From Clostridiales bacterium (lineage in GTDB: Bacteria > Bacillota > Clostridia > Caldicoprobacterales > UBA3941), in the NCBI GenBank assembly GCA_012518395.1, contig JAAYSJ010000089.1, positions 1-54,950 of the forward strand: 54,950 nucleotides of DNA. The letters are read 5' to 3'. Made by a program: the position numbers and the translations under genes. The notes below the pieces were generated by a model. It saw nothing but the letters and a program-made list of their open reading frames with translations, did no database searches and was not told the DNA's origin. The stretch's first letter is position 1; each line of letters starts with the position of its first letter. Below are positions 16,342 through 26,314 of the stretch, piece after piece.

Positions 16342-18601
16342 CCAATATCCCCCCTAATATCTTAAAAGCAGAGTCCTTCCCCTGCCCTTGTTCCCCGGCG
16401 GCAGGCCCTATACAAGCCGGGCAACCATCGATACACCTACAGTTTAAAATTACTTCCCTGCATCTATCAAAGATCTCATTGTAGATATGGTATACTTTAT
16501 CGCTCAGACCGATCCCTCCTGGATAGCTATCATAAATATAAAGGGTAGGTTTTCTGGTAAAGGGAGATCGGGTATGATATATAACATTTATGTCCCTGGC
16601 ATCACACATTAGGAATATTGGACAAATTTGTCCCATCAGGTTAGCTATGCCCATCAGCCCGCCCTGAATTTCGTCCTGACTAAAACCTCCCACAACATCC
16701 TCTGGAATACTGAACCAACAAGCGGAAGTATGCATTTCCATCTCAGGCAGATGAACTCTTCCCCAGCCTAAATTCTCGTGGGTATTGAACTTGATCTTCT
16801 TAAACATGGTTACCAAGGCAGTCACCATTACTTCCCCATAAGCCTTAAACAGGCCATTTTCCATGTCTTCATTGTCGAATACATCCAATACTTTGAGGTC
16901 TACTGCTAGATTCGCATCAGTATAGTAGTCCACATCCACTTTTCTTACATAGGCCTTTTTTTCTTCAAAGTCTAACCGTTCCACCTGGAATTGAATTCCC
17001 CCATGGATATATATAGCCTCTTCATGTAGAATCATAGGCGCACTAAAACTATCAACTTCACCGATTACCCTGGGTTTCGGTAATGAAATATCTATTATGA
17101 TAAAATTATCCTCTGAAGCGCTTCTAAGGCTGATGTCAGCGGCTGGGAAATTTTCTGCCATCCAATACCAACGGTTTCCAACATGCCTTATAATTCTATG
17201 CTCTTCAAGGTAAAAAAGGATTTCTGAGAGAGTCTCCACTCCAAACTGCTCACCGTCTTCAAAGGGCAATTCGAATGCTGCGCATTTTATATGACTTAAT
17301 AATATATGCAGGTTGTTAGGACTAATTAATCCACATTCCGGAGAACCTTCGAGAAAGTATTCAGGATGCTGAATAGTATACTGATCTAAAGGATTGCTGC
17401 TGGCGACCAAAATAGCTATAGAGGTACTGTTGCGCCTTCCTGCCCTTCCTGCCTGCTGCCAAGTACTGGCTATACTGCCTGGATACCCGCAAATTATAGC
17501 AGTTTCCAGCGAACCTATATCTATGCCCAGCTCTAAAGCGTTTGTGCTTACTACCCCTAAAATACTGCCTTCCCTAAGTCCCTTTTCGATCTGTCGCCTT
17601 TCAGTAGGCAAATAACCGCTTCTATATCCCCTTATACCTTTAGGATCACCCTGCTTCTTCTTAACTAATTCTCTCAAATATGTAACCAATACTTCCACTG
17701 TCAACCTGCTGCGGGCGAATATAATGGATTGAAGCCCATTTCCTATAAACTGTCCGGCAATCTTTTTAGTTTCCAGTAGAGAGCTGCGCCTGATACCTAA
17801 TTCCCTATTTACTAAAGGTGGATTATAGAAGATAAAATGTTTTCCCCCGACCGGAGCGCCATTTTCATCTATCAAAGATATAGGCTCACCGATAATCTTC
17901 TGAGCTAATTCAAGAGGATTGGCAATGGTGGCGGAACAGCAGATAAAGGTGGGATCAGAACCATAAAAATTGCATATTCTCTTTAAGCGCCTAATAACAT
18001 TTGCCATATGACTCCCAAACACACCTCTGTACGTATGCATCTCATCAATAACAACAAATTTAAGGTTTTCAAATAACTTAACCCATTTGGTATGATGGGG
18101 CATAATACCGGAATGCAGCATATCTGGATTAGTAACAACAATATGCCCTGCCTGTCTGATAGTCTTTCTGGCGTTAGTTGGGGTATCACCATCATAAGTG
18201 TAAGTCTTTATATCCGTATCCATAAGTGTTATCATTTCATGGAGTTCACTGACCTGATCCTGAGAAAGAGCCTTGGTGGGAAAGAGATACAGGCTCCTGG
18301 CATCATTGTTTTTTAATATTTCGTTTAATACCGGAAGGTTGTAGCAAAGGGTCTTACCCGAAGCTGTAGGGGTAACTATAACAACATTTTTACATTCATT
18401 TATTATGTCTAATGCCAAAGCTTGGTGGCAAAAGAGACTGTCAATACCCCTATTCCTTAAAACCCGGACTATCTTGGAACTTAAAAAACCAGGAAAAGGC
18501 GAATAAATGCCCTTTCTTGGTTCTATAATTTCCCAGTGGGTTATGTTCTTCATGAAGCCTAAATCATTTTTAATAAATTCCACCAACTGATCTATATTCA
18601 T
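16280..18601 (-). CDS. mrfA: DEAD/DEAH-box helicase with a C-terminal DUF1998/MZB four-Cys domain, YprA/MrfA-like
   Basis: Contains Walker A (TPTASGKT), motif II (VVIDEMH), motif VI (QQAGRAGRR) and a C-terminal Cys cluster (CRCIDGCPACIG). The preferred start is the ATG at 18601, after GGGGTG. Confidence 0.8.
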   Translation of the reverse strand: MNIDQLVEFIKNDLGFMKNITHWEIIEPRKGIYSPFPGFLSSKIVRVLRNRGIDSLFCHQALALDIINECKNVVIVTPTASGKTLCYNLPVLNEILKNNDARSLYLFPTKALSQDQVSELHEMITLMDTDIKTYTYDGDTPTNARKTIRQAGHIVVTNPDMLHSGIMPHHTKWVKLFENLKFVVIDEMHTYRGVFGSHMANVIRRLKRICNFYGSDPTFICCSATIANPLELAQKIIGEPISLIDENGAPVGGKHFIFYNPPLVNRELGIRRSSLLETKKIAGQFIGNGLQSIIFARSRLTVEVLVTYLRELVKKKQGDPKGIRGYRSGYLPTERRQIEKGLREGSILGVVSTNALELGIDIGSLETAIICGYPGSIASTWQQAGRAGRRNSTSIAILVASSNPLDQYTIQHPEYFLEGSPECGLISPNNLHILLSHIKCAAFELPFEDGEQFGVETLSEILFYLEEHRIIRHVGNRWYWMAENFPAADISLRSASEDNFIIIDISLPKPRVIGEVDSFSAPMILHEEAIYIHGGIQFQVERLDFEEKKAYVRKVDVDYYTDANLAVDLKVLDVFDNEDMENGLFKAYGEVMVTALVTMFKKIKFNTHENLGWGRVHLPEMEMHTSACWFSIPEDVVGGFSQDEIQGGLMGIANLMGQICPIFLMCDARDINVIYHTRSPFTRKPTLYIYDSYPGGIGLSDKVYHIYNEIFDRCREVILNCRCIDGCPACIGPAAGEQGQGKDSAFKILGGILDDSQSKGEAKNDFFQLPFQG

Positions 18602-18684
18602 AGGACACCCCTGCAAAATAGGTTTTACATACACCTATTATATAGATATTTATCAGGGATGTCTATTCTGATAAAATCCCCTTT

Positions 18685-19446
18685 CTATGATACAAACTTG
18701 TTTAAAAATGCCTGTGTCCGTCCATTTTGGGGGTTTTCGAAGAGCATCTTTGGGGGACCTTCTTCTACTATTAGACCGTCGTCCATGAAGATAATATAGT
18801 CAGCCACATTTTTGGCAAAATTCATTTCATGGGTAACGATAATCATTGTCATATTGTCATCAGCTAAGCCCCTGATTACTTTTAAAATTTCTCCTGTCAG
18901 CTCGGGATCCAAAGCCGATGTTGGTTCATCAAAAAATAGCATTCTTGGCTTTGTTGCCAGAGCGCGGGCTATAGATACTCTCTGTTGCTGCCCGCCGGAT
19001 AGTTGCCAGGGATATGCATCCACCTTATCCGATAACCCCATTTTATCCAGTAATTCCCTGCCAGTTTCCATAGCCTCATCAATTGGCTTTTTTTGTACAG
19101 TAATTATGGCATCAGTGACATTTTTTATTACGGAAAAATGGGGGAAAAGGTTAAAGTTTTGAAATACTAAGCCAAAATATCTTTGGATTTGCCTTAGCTT
19201 TTCCTTTTCCGCATAATTCGCCCTGCCGTCCGTACCCGTAGTCACAGCACTTTCGCCCATATAGAGCAATTCTCCTGAATCTATTTTTTCCAAAAAGCTT
19301 ATGCACCTTAATAGGGTGGATTTACCAGAACCGGAAGGGCCAATAATGCCTACTACTTTGCCTTCCTCCACACTAAAGGATAGATCCTTGATTACTTCAA
19401 GGCTGCCAAAATTCTTTTTTAAGTTTTTAACTTCTAAGAGTTTCAT
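18685..19446 (-). CDS. Polar amino-acid ABC transporter, ATP-binding protein
   Basis: Contains Walker A (GPSGSGKST), the signature LSGGQQQRV and Walker B (LFFDEPTSALD). GlnQ/ArtP-like. Confidence 0.92.
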   Translation of the reverse strand: MKLLEVKNLKKNFGSLEVIKDLSFSVEEGKVVGIIGPSGSGKSTLLRCISFLEKIDSGELLYMGESAVTTGTDGRANYAEKEKLRQIQRYFGLVFQNFNLFPHFSVIKNVTDAIITVQKKPIDEAMETGRELLDKMGLSDKVDAYPWQLSGGQQQRVSIARALATKPRMLFFDEPTSALDPELTGEILKVIRGLADDNMTMIIVTHEMNFAKNVADYIIFMDDGLIVEEGPPKMLFENPQNGRTQAFLNKFVS

Positions 19447-19457
19447 TGAATATCACC

Positions 19458-20108
19458 CTATCTGTAGACGCTCATTTTTTTCTCTATCCATTCCATGGTA
19501 TAGGCGACTAACAAATTGAAAATATAATAGAAAATACCCGCCGTGACAAAAGGCAGCATGGTAGTCTGGGCCGCTGAAATCGCTTTTGCTACAGTAAACA
19601 TTTCGGGATAGGAAATTGCAAAGGCTAAAGAGGTATCCTTAATCAATGTGATTACCTCATTGGTTATGGAGGGTAGAACCCTTTTAATAACCTGGGGTAG
19701 TATTATCCTCATAAAGGTTTGGGCTTTGTTATATCCTAGTACCTTTGCAGCATCATATTGTCCGCTATCTATGGATTCGATTCCACCCCTGTATATCTCC
19801 CCGAAATATGCTGCATAATTGAAAACAAACCCTATAATTACTGCTATAAACCTATAGCCCCTAGGCAGAGTAATTTTAAATATATAGTATGGGCCAAAAT
19901 AAACTACCATGAGCTGGAGAATTAATGGAGTCCCACGCATAATAGATATATATAACTTAGTAAAATTCCTTAAAAGCCAATTTTTAGACATCCGACAAAG
20001 TGCCACAATTAGACCTAACGGTAATGAAAATATTAATGTTAGCGTATATATTTTAATAGACTCTAACATTCCCTCGCTCAACTTATATACCATTATCTGC
20101 CACGCCAA
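19458..20108 (-). CDS. Polar amino-acid ABC transporter, permease
   Basis: 216-aa multi-pass membrane protein with the EAA-like loop (GQYDAAKVLGYNKAQTFMRIILPQ). Confidence 0.9.
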   Translation of the reverse strand: MAWQIMVYKLSEGMLESIKIYTLTLIFSLPLGLIVALCRMSKNWLLRNFTKLYISIMRGTPLILQLMVVYFGPYYIFKITLPRGYRFIAVIIGFVFNYAAYFGEIYRGGIESIDSGQYDAAKVLGYNKAQTFMRIILPQVIKRVLPSITNEVITLIKDTSLAFAISYPEMFTVAKAISAAQTTMLPFVTAGIFYYIFNLLVAYTMEWIEKKMSVYR

Positions 20109-20279
20109 TAGCTACTCCACCTCTACCTTTAATATCAGTTGTCTTTTTATATACCATAAGAACTTCGTGCTTTTAAATAACAATGGGATAAACTTATAAT
20201 TTAATACGTATGTTGCGAAATCATTTACCATTACCGGGCTTTTCCGCAACATACGTTATCTTATCAGATATTGTAACCC

Positions 20280-21068
20280 CTATTTGCCTATTGTAGTGAT
20301 ATCATCATCAAACCACTTTTTTGATATTTCCGCCATAGTCCCATCGGCAGCCATTTCCTCCAAGGTTTTCTGTACTTTGTCCCTTAGCTCCTCATTACCT
20401 AATAAAAAGCCTACACCATATTCTTCCGGAGCCAGAGTTTCTTCCAGTATGGTAAAAATCTCTCCTCTTTTTTCATTTTGGTATATGGCTACAACTTCGT
20501 CCATAGCAACAACATCTACACCACCAGATTCAAGATCCATCAGGGCTGCATTATAATTGGCTGCTGTAATGTATTCTCCGAAACTATCAACTAAATCCGG
20601 CAGGGCCTCAAGGGCTTTCTCTGCACTGGAATCTACTTGAACAATTACTGATTTACCTGCTAAATCATCCATGGTTTTTATACCAGAGTCTGCTTGAACT
20701 ACGAAAACCTGATTATTTTTTAGATAAGGTTCTGTCCAGGTGTAATCATCTTCCCTACCATTAATAGTAAAACCATTCCATATGCAATCAATATTCTTTG
20801 ATTCCAATTCTTTATCCTTGGCATCCCAGGCAATGGGCTGCAATTTAAGTTCCAAATTGAGTCGCTTAGCTACCTCTGCTGCCAATTCAAGATCGAAACC
20901 AGTAAATTCTCCATCATCCCCTACAAAACCCATTGGCGGAAAGTCTTGATCAAAACCAACAGTGAAAGTTTTTGAACTTCCCGTGCCACCAGTGCTACTG
21001 GAACTACAAGCCACCGCCCCCATTATCGATATAACCGCTACCAAAATAATTAACATAATTTTCTTCAC
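20280..21068 (-). CDS. Amino-acid ABC transporter substrate-binding lipoprotein
   Basis: Signal peptide with lipobox (MGAVAC) and an SBP_bac_3-like body. The GTG at 21068 lies 7 nt after AAGGAGG. Confidence 0.88.
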   Translation of the reverse strand: MKKIMLIILVAVISIMGAVACSSSSTGGTGSSKTFTVGFDQDFPPMGFVGDDGEFTGFDLELAAEVAKRLNLELKLQPIAWDAKDKELESKNIDCIWNGFTINGREDDYTWTEPYLKNNQVFVVQADSGIKTMDDLAGKSVIVQVDSSAEKALEALPDLVDSFGEYITAANYNAALMDLESGGVDVVAMDEVVAIYQNEKRGEIFTILEETLAPEEYGVGFLLGNEELRDKVQKTLEEMAADGTMAEISKKWFDDDITTIGK

Positions 21069-21280
21069 TTTATTTCCTCCTTCATACAATACAATACTAA
21101 GTAAATCTACAAACTCCCTATTTTGAACATTTACTTTTCATAGTGCATTATCATATTATTACATTACCACTTTACCACATTAAAGTCAATAGGTATTTTA
21201 AAATATTCTGAAATATTTTTCTGAGATATAATAAAACAATATATTCTGTAGAATGAATCTATAATTCTGCAAATTAGATT

Positions 21281-21317
21281 AATATCTAAATCGTATTTAA
21301 TAAACGATTTAGATATT
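21281..21317 (-). terminator. Hairpin downstream of the ligase gene (probable terminator)
   Basis: AATATCTAAATCG (21281-21293) pairs with CGATTTAGATATT (21305-21317), a 13-bp stem. The trailing sequence is AT-rich and has no clean T-run. Confidence 0.45.
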
Positions 21318-21339
21318 ATTATATTATGCTTAATTGAGA

Positions 21340-22332
21340 CTAGAAACCTCTTCTTCTGATCCAATCTGCTATATCCGCAGACATATTTAACCTTGCCCTA
21401 TCCATACCTAATTCTTCTATTGTTTTAGCCATACTATCGGGTTTGAATAAACAACCCTGTAATTTGCCCGGAATTTTTTCTATAAACTTTTCATCCATAG
21501 CATCAGAGTATACAGAGGCTTTTACTATTTTACCACGCTCTAACCCTAAACCTATCTCTATATTACCCCAAGGGAAACGGGTGCTGAATTCAATATCAAA
21601 TTTTGGTGATTCACCAAATCTCCATTCCCAAGATTGATACTTCTCATACAATTTGTTAAGTGCTTCAATATCCATTCCTTCTTCACCCATTTCCAAGCGA
21701 TCAAAATTACCATATATTTTGCTGAAAGAATGTATTATAGCATCTACCATAATTTCTATATCTAAATCTTCCTTATAATCTACAAGGTTTGTTACCCTTG
21801 ATCTAACTGACTCGATTCCTTTGGATTTGATTTTGTCCCGGGAGACCCGCAGATATCTAGTCATATTAGCTATATCTGCTGAAACAAGAATAGTGCCATG
21901 GTGAAGAGCCGATTTTGACCGATAACTGAAGGCGTTGCCGGAAAATTTTTTATCATCTACTGTCAAATCATTTCTGCCACTAAAAACCGCATTTATACCC
22001 AAATTCTTTAATGCATTTAGAATAACTTCTAATTGCTTGTGTACATCATATAACTGCCTGTCCATAATAAATGAAAAATTTAGGTTGCCTAAATCATGAA
22101 AAACAGCACCGCCACCAGAGCTTCGGCGAGCCAGCTTTCCTCCTTCGGTTTCCAATAGTTCGGATCTGCACTCCTTCCAGGCGTTCTGGTTCTTACCGAT
22201 TACTACGGTATTTTGGTTTTGCCATAAATATAGTATCGATTCGCCGGGCCTTACGTGATTTAATAGATATTCCTCCATAGCCAGATTGCGCCATGGATCA
22301 ACATTTTGGGTAATAACTATCCTTGTATCCAT
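21340..22332 (-). CDS. lplA: Lipoate-protein ligase A
   Basis: Contains LplA-family motifs (LYLWQNQNTVVIGKNQN, RRSSGGGAVFHDLGNLNFS, KFSGNA) and the C-terminal accessory domain. Confidence 0.88.
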   Translation of the reverse strand: MDTRIVITQNVDPWRNLAMEEYLLNHVRPGESILYLWQNQNTVVIGKNQNAWKECRSELLETEGGKLARRSSGGGAVFHDLGNLNFSFIMDRQLYDVHKQLEVILNALKNLGINAVFSGRNDLTVDDKKFSGNAFSYRSKSALHHGTILVSADIANMTRYLRVSRDKIKSKGIESVRSRVTNLVDYKEDLDIEIMVDAIIHSFSKIYGNFDRLEMGEEGMDIEALNKLYEKYQSWEWRFGESPKFDIEFSTRFPWGNIEIGLGLERGKIVKASVYSDAMDEKFIEKIPGKLQGCLFKPDSMAKTIEELGMDRARLNMSADIADWIRRRGF

Positions 22333-22467
22333 ATTCAAAAGAAGCTCTTTTTCATACAGCCATGAGGTGTATGGCCAAGGGCTTATCCTCCTTTATGCCA
22401 ATTATAAATTTATAACATATATATTATTACAAAAATATTTAAATATCAACAAGACTAATAATGTTTT

Positions 22468-23592
22468 TCACTTATATTCCCTGTCAAGTTTGTATATTTC
22501 CTCCATAACTTTATTTCTTTTGTTATCCATTTTGCTAAAATCCATAGCTCCTATATAATATCTTTCTGCCTTTTCATGAGCCTCGCTTGCCCTAGCGAGA
22601 AATCCCACAGCCCCCTCAATTAGATTGCGAAATCTATTTTTCGCTCTTCCAATATCTTCTACAAAATCCTTGGTTACTCCATGATCTATAAAAGTATTAA
22701 AGTCTATGTGTTCTTCTATCTGTCTGGAATCAGATAATAGAATTTCATCCCCTAAGACCTGGCTAGTATTTATTACTGCAATCTTAATATCTGGAAAGAC
22801 AAGTAAATCCAATTCCCCTACTTTCATAGGACAATGAAACTGTTCAGTAGATATCCCCATTTCCATAGCCTGCCCTGCTATCCTGCCAATAGCCTGTGAA
22901 ACCCCTGAGCCGGGATTTCCCGAAAAAGCATAAACCTTGTATTCAGGATTAATTAAATCAGCCGAGTAATTATATATACCCTTACTACTGATAGCTGATG
23001 CAAAATAATGGCCATGTGTTATCTTACCCCTATTATAACCTTCCGTTTTTTCAAAAATATTTTTCATTATCCTAACTAGAGCGACATTATATTCGGCCTT
23101 GTTGAAACCTTCTATCAGATGAAATTCCAACTCATGAAAGGCGACGCTGGCTTCCTTCAATTGGCTAAAAGCCAAATTGAATAACTTGGATGCCCTAACA
23201 TTTAGCTTCAAAACCTCATCCTTAACTTTTATTAACTTAGAGCCATCCCAAAAATCGCCTAGCCATATTATCTCATCAATTATTCCGGGACTTTTTGGTT
23301 CAACTGCATGGGGATTTGTGCCATCTAAGAGCATCACATTAACTAGGGGTATAAAAATGGCGTCCAGTGATTCAGGATCTGTTGCACAGCTATACATTAT
23401 GACATCATAGCCTTGGTTCAAAAAGTGCTTTCCTATACTAAGCATGAAGGTGGATTTGCCTGAGCCAGGACCACCTTTTATAATATAGCGCTTTTGATAG
23501 TTCACTCCATGCTGACAATCGAAAAATGAGATAAAACCTTTTGGCGTGTTCCCGCCCAGAAACATTCTTTTTACTTTCCCTTTACCACGCAT
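22468..23592 (-). CDS. Uncharacterised P-loop NTPase with a duplicated architecture
   Basis: One Walker A is GGPGSGKST. A second, degenerate P-loop-like motif, GNPGSGVS, lies about 175 aa later. The ribosome-binding site GAGGGGGA precedes the ATG. I do not recognise a characterised family. Confidence 0.6.
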   Translation of the reverse strand: MRGKGKVKRMFLGGNTPKGFISFFDCQHGVNYQKRYIIKGGPGSGKSTFMLSIGKHFLNQGYDVIMYSCATDPESLDAIFIPLVNVMLLDGTNPHAVEPKSPGIIDEIIWLGDFWDGSKLIKVKDEVLKLNVRASKLFNLAFSQLKEASVAFHELEFHLIEGFNKAEYNVALVRIMKNIFEKTEGYNRGKITHGHYFASAISSKGIYNYSADLINPEYKVYAFSGNPGSGVSQAIGRIAGQAMEMGISTEQFHCPMKVGELDLLVFPDIKIAVINTSQVLGDEILLSDSRQIEEHIDFNTFIDHGVTKDFVEDIGRAKNRFRNLIEGAVGFLARASEAHEKAERYYIGAMDFSKMDNKRNKVMEEIYKLDREYK

Positions 23593-23743
23593 ATGTAATC
23601 TTCCCCCTCAAATCAATATTCCATATCTATCATATGCAGATAGCAATAATTTAGGGAGGAAAACTGTTCCTTTAGTTTTATACATCATTATATTAACTTT
23701 TTATAGTCGCAACTACTTGATTACTATCCCCAATCCATCGTAT

Positions 23744-25855
23744 TCAGTGAGCCTGCCTTGTCAAGGTCAGAGCCCTTATTGAATTTAGAACAGCTATTAG
23801 GGTAACCCCCACATCTGCAAATACCGCACTCCACATGGTTGCTATACCCAATGATCCCAGAATTAGTACAATACCCTTAACACTTAATGCCAAAGCAATG
23901 TTTTGCCAAACTATTTTCTTAGTCATTTTTGATATTTTTATGGTCGTTGCAAGTTTATAGGGTTCATCTGTCATTAGCACTATATCTGCTGCCTCAATAG
24001 CGGCATCGGAACCAAGGCCGCCCATTGCGATACCAATATCGGCTCTTGCAAGCACTGGTGCATCGTTAATTCCATCTCCAACAAAAACCAGCTTGCCCTT
24101 TGATCCTTTTTCCTTGGCCAGGATTTCCATTCTTTCTACCTTCTCATGGGGTAACAGGCTGGTATAAGCCCTATTTAATCCCAGCATTTCCGATACTTTT
24201 TCCCCGACTTCTTTAGTATCGCCTGTGAGCATAACTAGATTTTTTATACCCATGGATTTAAGCTCTTTTATAGTCCTTATCGAATCTTCTTTGATTTCGT
24301 CGGATACTATTATATGCCCCTTATATTGACCATCAACTGCCATATAAACAATGGTACCCATGGAATCAACCTTTTTACAATCAATACCCATCTTCTTCAT
24401 CAAGGCAAAATTCCCCGCTAATATACTATGTTCCCAGGTCTGAATAGAGATTCCACTTCCTGGTATCTCTTTGTAGCTCTTAATTTGGGTCTTGTCAATT
24501 ACTCTTCCATACTCACTCAAAATGGATGTAGCGAGGGGATGAGTTGAGTGGCTCTCTGCTATGGCCGCAAAATAAAGCAATTCTTCTTCAGTTACATCCC
24601 CTTTTGGTTGAATTTCTGTAACCCTGAATACCCCCTTAGTAAGGGTGCCTGTTTTGTCAAAGACTACTGTATCTATTCCTGTCATGGCTTCAAGATAATT
24701 GCCGCCCTTTACTAAAATACCGTGTCTGGAAGCCCCACCTATCCCCCCGAAAAAGCCTAAAGGTATGGATATAACCAAGGCGCAAGGGCAAGAAATAACC
24801 AAAAACACCAAGGCATTGTAAATCCAGACCTTAAAGCTATCCCCCGTTACCAAAGGTGGCATCACAGCCATTGTCAAGGCTGCAAATACGACTAAGGGGG
24901 TATAGTACCCTGCAAAACGAGTTATAAAGCTTTCTGTTGGAGCCTTATTTTTTCCCGCATTTTCTACCAGTTCCAGTATCTTTGATAGAGTAGATTGACC
25001 AAAAGGTTTAGATACTTGTACTGTAAGTAAACCATTTATGTTAATAAATCCCCCTAAAACTTCATCACCTTCCCTTATCGTCCACGGAACAGATTCCCCT
25101 GTAAGAGAAGATGTGTCAACCGATGATTGGCCCTTCAAGATGTGGCCGTCTAAGGGTACCTTCTCCCCCGGTCTGATTATAATTGTCTCCCCAGGCTGGA
25201 CATCATCGGGGGAAACACGTACTATATCTTCCCCTTGTAAAAGATTTGCGTAATCTGGCCTTATGTCCATTAATTCAGCTATAGATTTTCTTGAACGGTT
25301 CACTGCCATATCTTCGAACAGCTCACCTATCTGATAGAACAACAATACAGCAACGCCTTCAGGATACTCGCCTATGGCAAATGCCCCAATCGTAGCTATC
25401 CCCATCAAAAAGTTTTCGTCAAATATTTTTCCCCTACTTATATTCGTTACAGCTTTCTTTAAAACGTTGTAGCCAATAATAATATAACTAAATAAAAACA
25501 GACTTAAATTTATAGGGTGGCGAAAGCTAAAGGTAACAGCAATTATAAGAAGAATGGTTCCAACTGCAACTCTAATCCACCCCTTACCCACTCCATCTTT
25601 TTTATCATCCGCATTTTCAGAATCTTCGTCCCAATCTTCCATTATACTAATGTCCGGTTCTATCTTCTTAAGTACTTTGCGAACCATGTCCATAGTATTA
25701 GATTTATCATGGTCAGACTCAACTAAAACAACACCTTTTGCAAAGTTAACATGGGCACTTTTTATGCCTTCCAACCCACCTAACTCAGTTTCTATTCCAT
25801 AAGCACATTGCGCACAATCTAAACCCTTTAATAAAAACCTATATTTTTGACCCAT
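23744..25855 (-). CDS. cadA: Heavy-metal (Cd/Zn/Co/Pb-type) translocating P1B-type ATPase
   Basis: Contains an N-terminal HMA domain with CAQC, the transmembrane CPC motif (SCPCALVIS), the phosphorylation site DKTGTLT, the HP motif and GDGINDAP. Confidence 0.9.
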   Translation of the reverse strand: MGQKYRFLLKGLDCAQCAYGIETELGGLEGIKSAHVNFAKGVVLVESDHDKSNTMDMVRKVLKKIEPDISIMEDWDEDSENADDKKDGVGKGWIRVAVGTILLIIAVTFSFRHPINLSLFLFSYIIIGYNVLKKAVTNISRGKIFDENFLMGIATIGAFAIGEYPEGVAVLLFYQIGELFEDMAVNRSRKSIAELMDIRPDYANLLQGEDIVRVSPDDVQPGETIIIRPGEKVPLDGHILKGQSSVDTSSLTGESVPWTIREGDEVLGGFININGLLTVQVSKPFGQSTLSKILELVENAGKNKAPTESFITRFAGYYTPLVVFAALTMAVMPPLVTGDSFKVWIYNALVFLVISCPCALVISIPLGFFGGIGGASRHGILVKGGNYLEAMTGIDTVVFDKTGTLTKGVFRVTEIQPKGDVTEEELLYFAAIAESHSTHPLATSILSEYGRVIDKTQIKSYKEIPGSGISIQTWEHSILAGNFALMKKMGIDCKKVDSMGTIVYMAVDGQYKGHIIVSDEIKEDSIRTIKELKSMGIKNLVMLTGDTKEVGEKVSEMLGLNRAYTSLLPHEKVERMEILAKEKGSKGKLVFVGDGINDAPVLARADIGIAMGGLGSDAAIEAADIVLMTDEPYKLATTIKISKMTKKIVWQNIALALSVKGIVLILGSLGIATMWSAVFADVGVTLIAVLNSIRALTLTRQAH

Positions 25856-25934
25856 TAAGCACCTCCATGATGTTGCATTGTGTGGGGAAGTATACCAAGA
25901 TCGCCTTTTAATACATATCTAATCCCGGGAACAA

Positions 25935-26300
25935 CTACTCGTTTACATGAGCCAATCCTTGAGCAAATACCTGGCGTATATGGTCGTCATCCAGGGAATA
26001 ATAGACGATTCGCCCATCTTTTCTGTATTTAATCAACCTTGATTGCCTAAGAACTTTTAATTGATGGGAAATGGCTGATTGGCTCATAGACAACAATGCC
26101 GCTAAATCACATACACACATTTCTGATATTGAAAGAGAATGAAGAATATTTAGACGGGTAGGATCACTAAACACCTTAAAAAATTCAGCTAAAGACATAA
26201 CGATATTATCATCCAACATCTTTTTACTTACGTGATTCACAATGTCCTCATGGATTATAGTATACCCACAGGTCTGAATATCATCTTTTCTTGCCCTCAT
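25935..26300 (-). CDS. cadC: ArsR/SmtB-family metalloregulatory repressor (CadC-like)
   Basis: Contains a winged helix-turn-helix with the CVC metal-site motif (EMCVCDLAALLSMSQSAISHQLKVL). It lies immediately upstream of the P-type ATPase. Confidence 0.85.
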   Translation of the reverse strand: MRARKDDIQTCGYTIIHEDIVNHVSKKMLDDNIVMSLAEFFKVFSDPTRLNILHSLSISEMCVCDLAALLSMSQSAISHQLKVLRQSRLIKYRKDGRIVYYSLDDDHIRQVFAQGLAHVNE

Positions 26301-26314
26301 ACCACAATTCCTCC

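Noticed and set aside
21090-21280. Possible T-box or other riboswitch leader for the amino-acid ABC operon, and a similar possibility upstream of the nifS-thiI genes.
   Set aside because: I could not find a conserved T-box sequence, a specifier-loop architecture or a terminator/antiterminator pair. The region reads as plain AT-rich promoter DNA.
21164-21364. Minus-strand 66-aa ORF upstream of the amino-acid ABC operon.
   Set aside because: It overlaps the end of the ligase gene and its terminator hairpin. It is extremely AT-rich and has no ribosome-binding site.
22339-22467. AAGGAGG about 55 nt upstream of the lplA ATG, followed by an 8-codon mini-ORF (TTG GCC ATA CAC CTC ATG GCT GTA TGA). 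A possible leader peptide or attenuator.
   Set aside because: There is no accompanying alternative hairpin structure or terminator, and the mini-ORF has no informative codon content. The evidence is insufficient.
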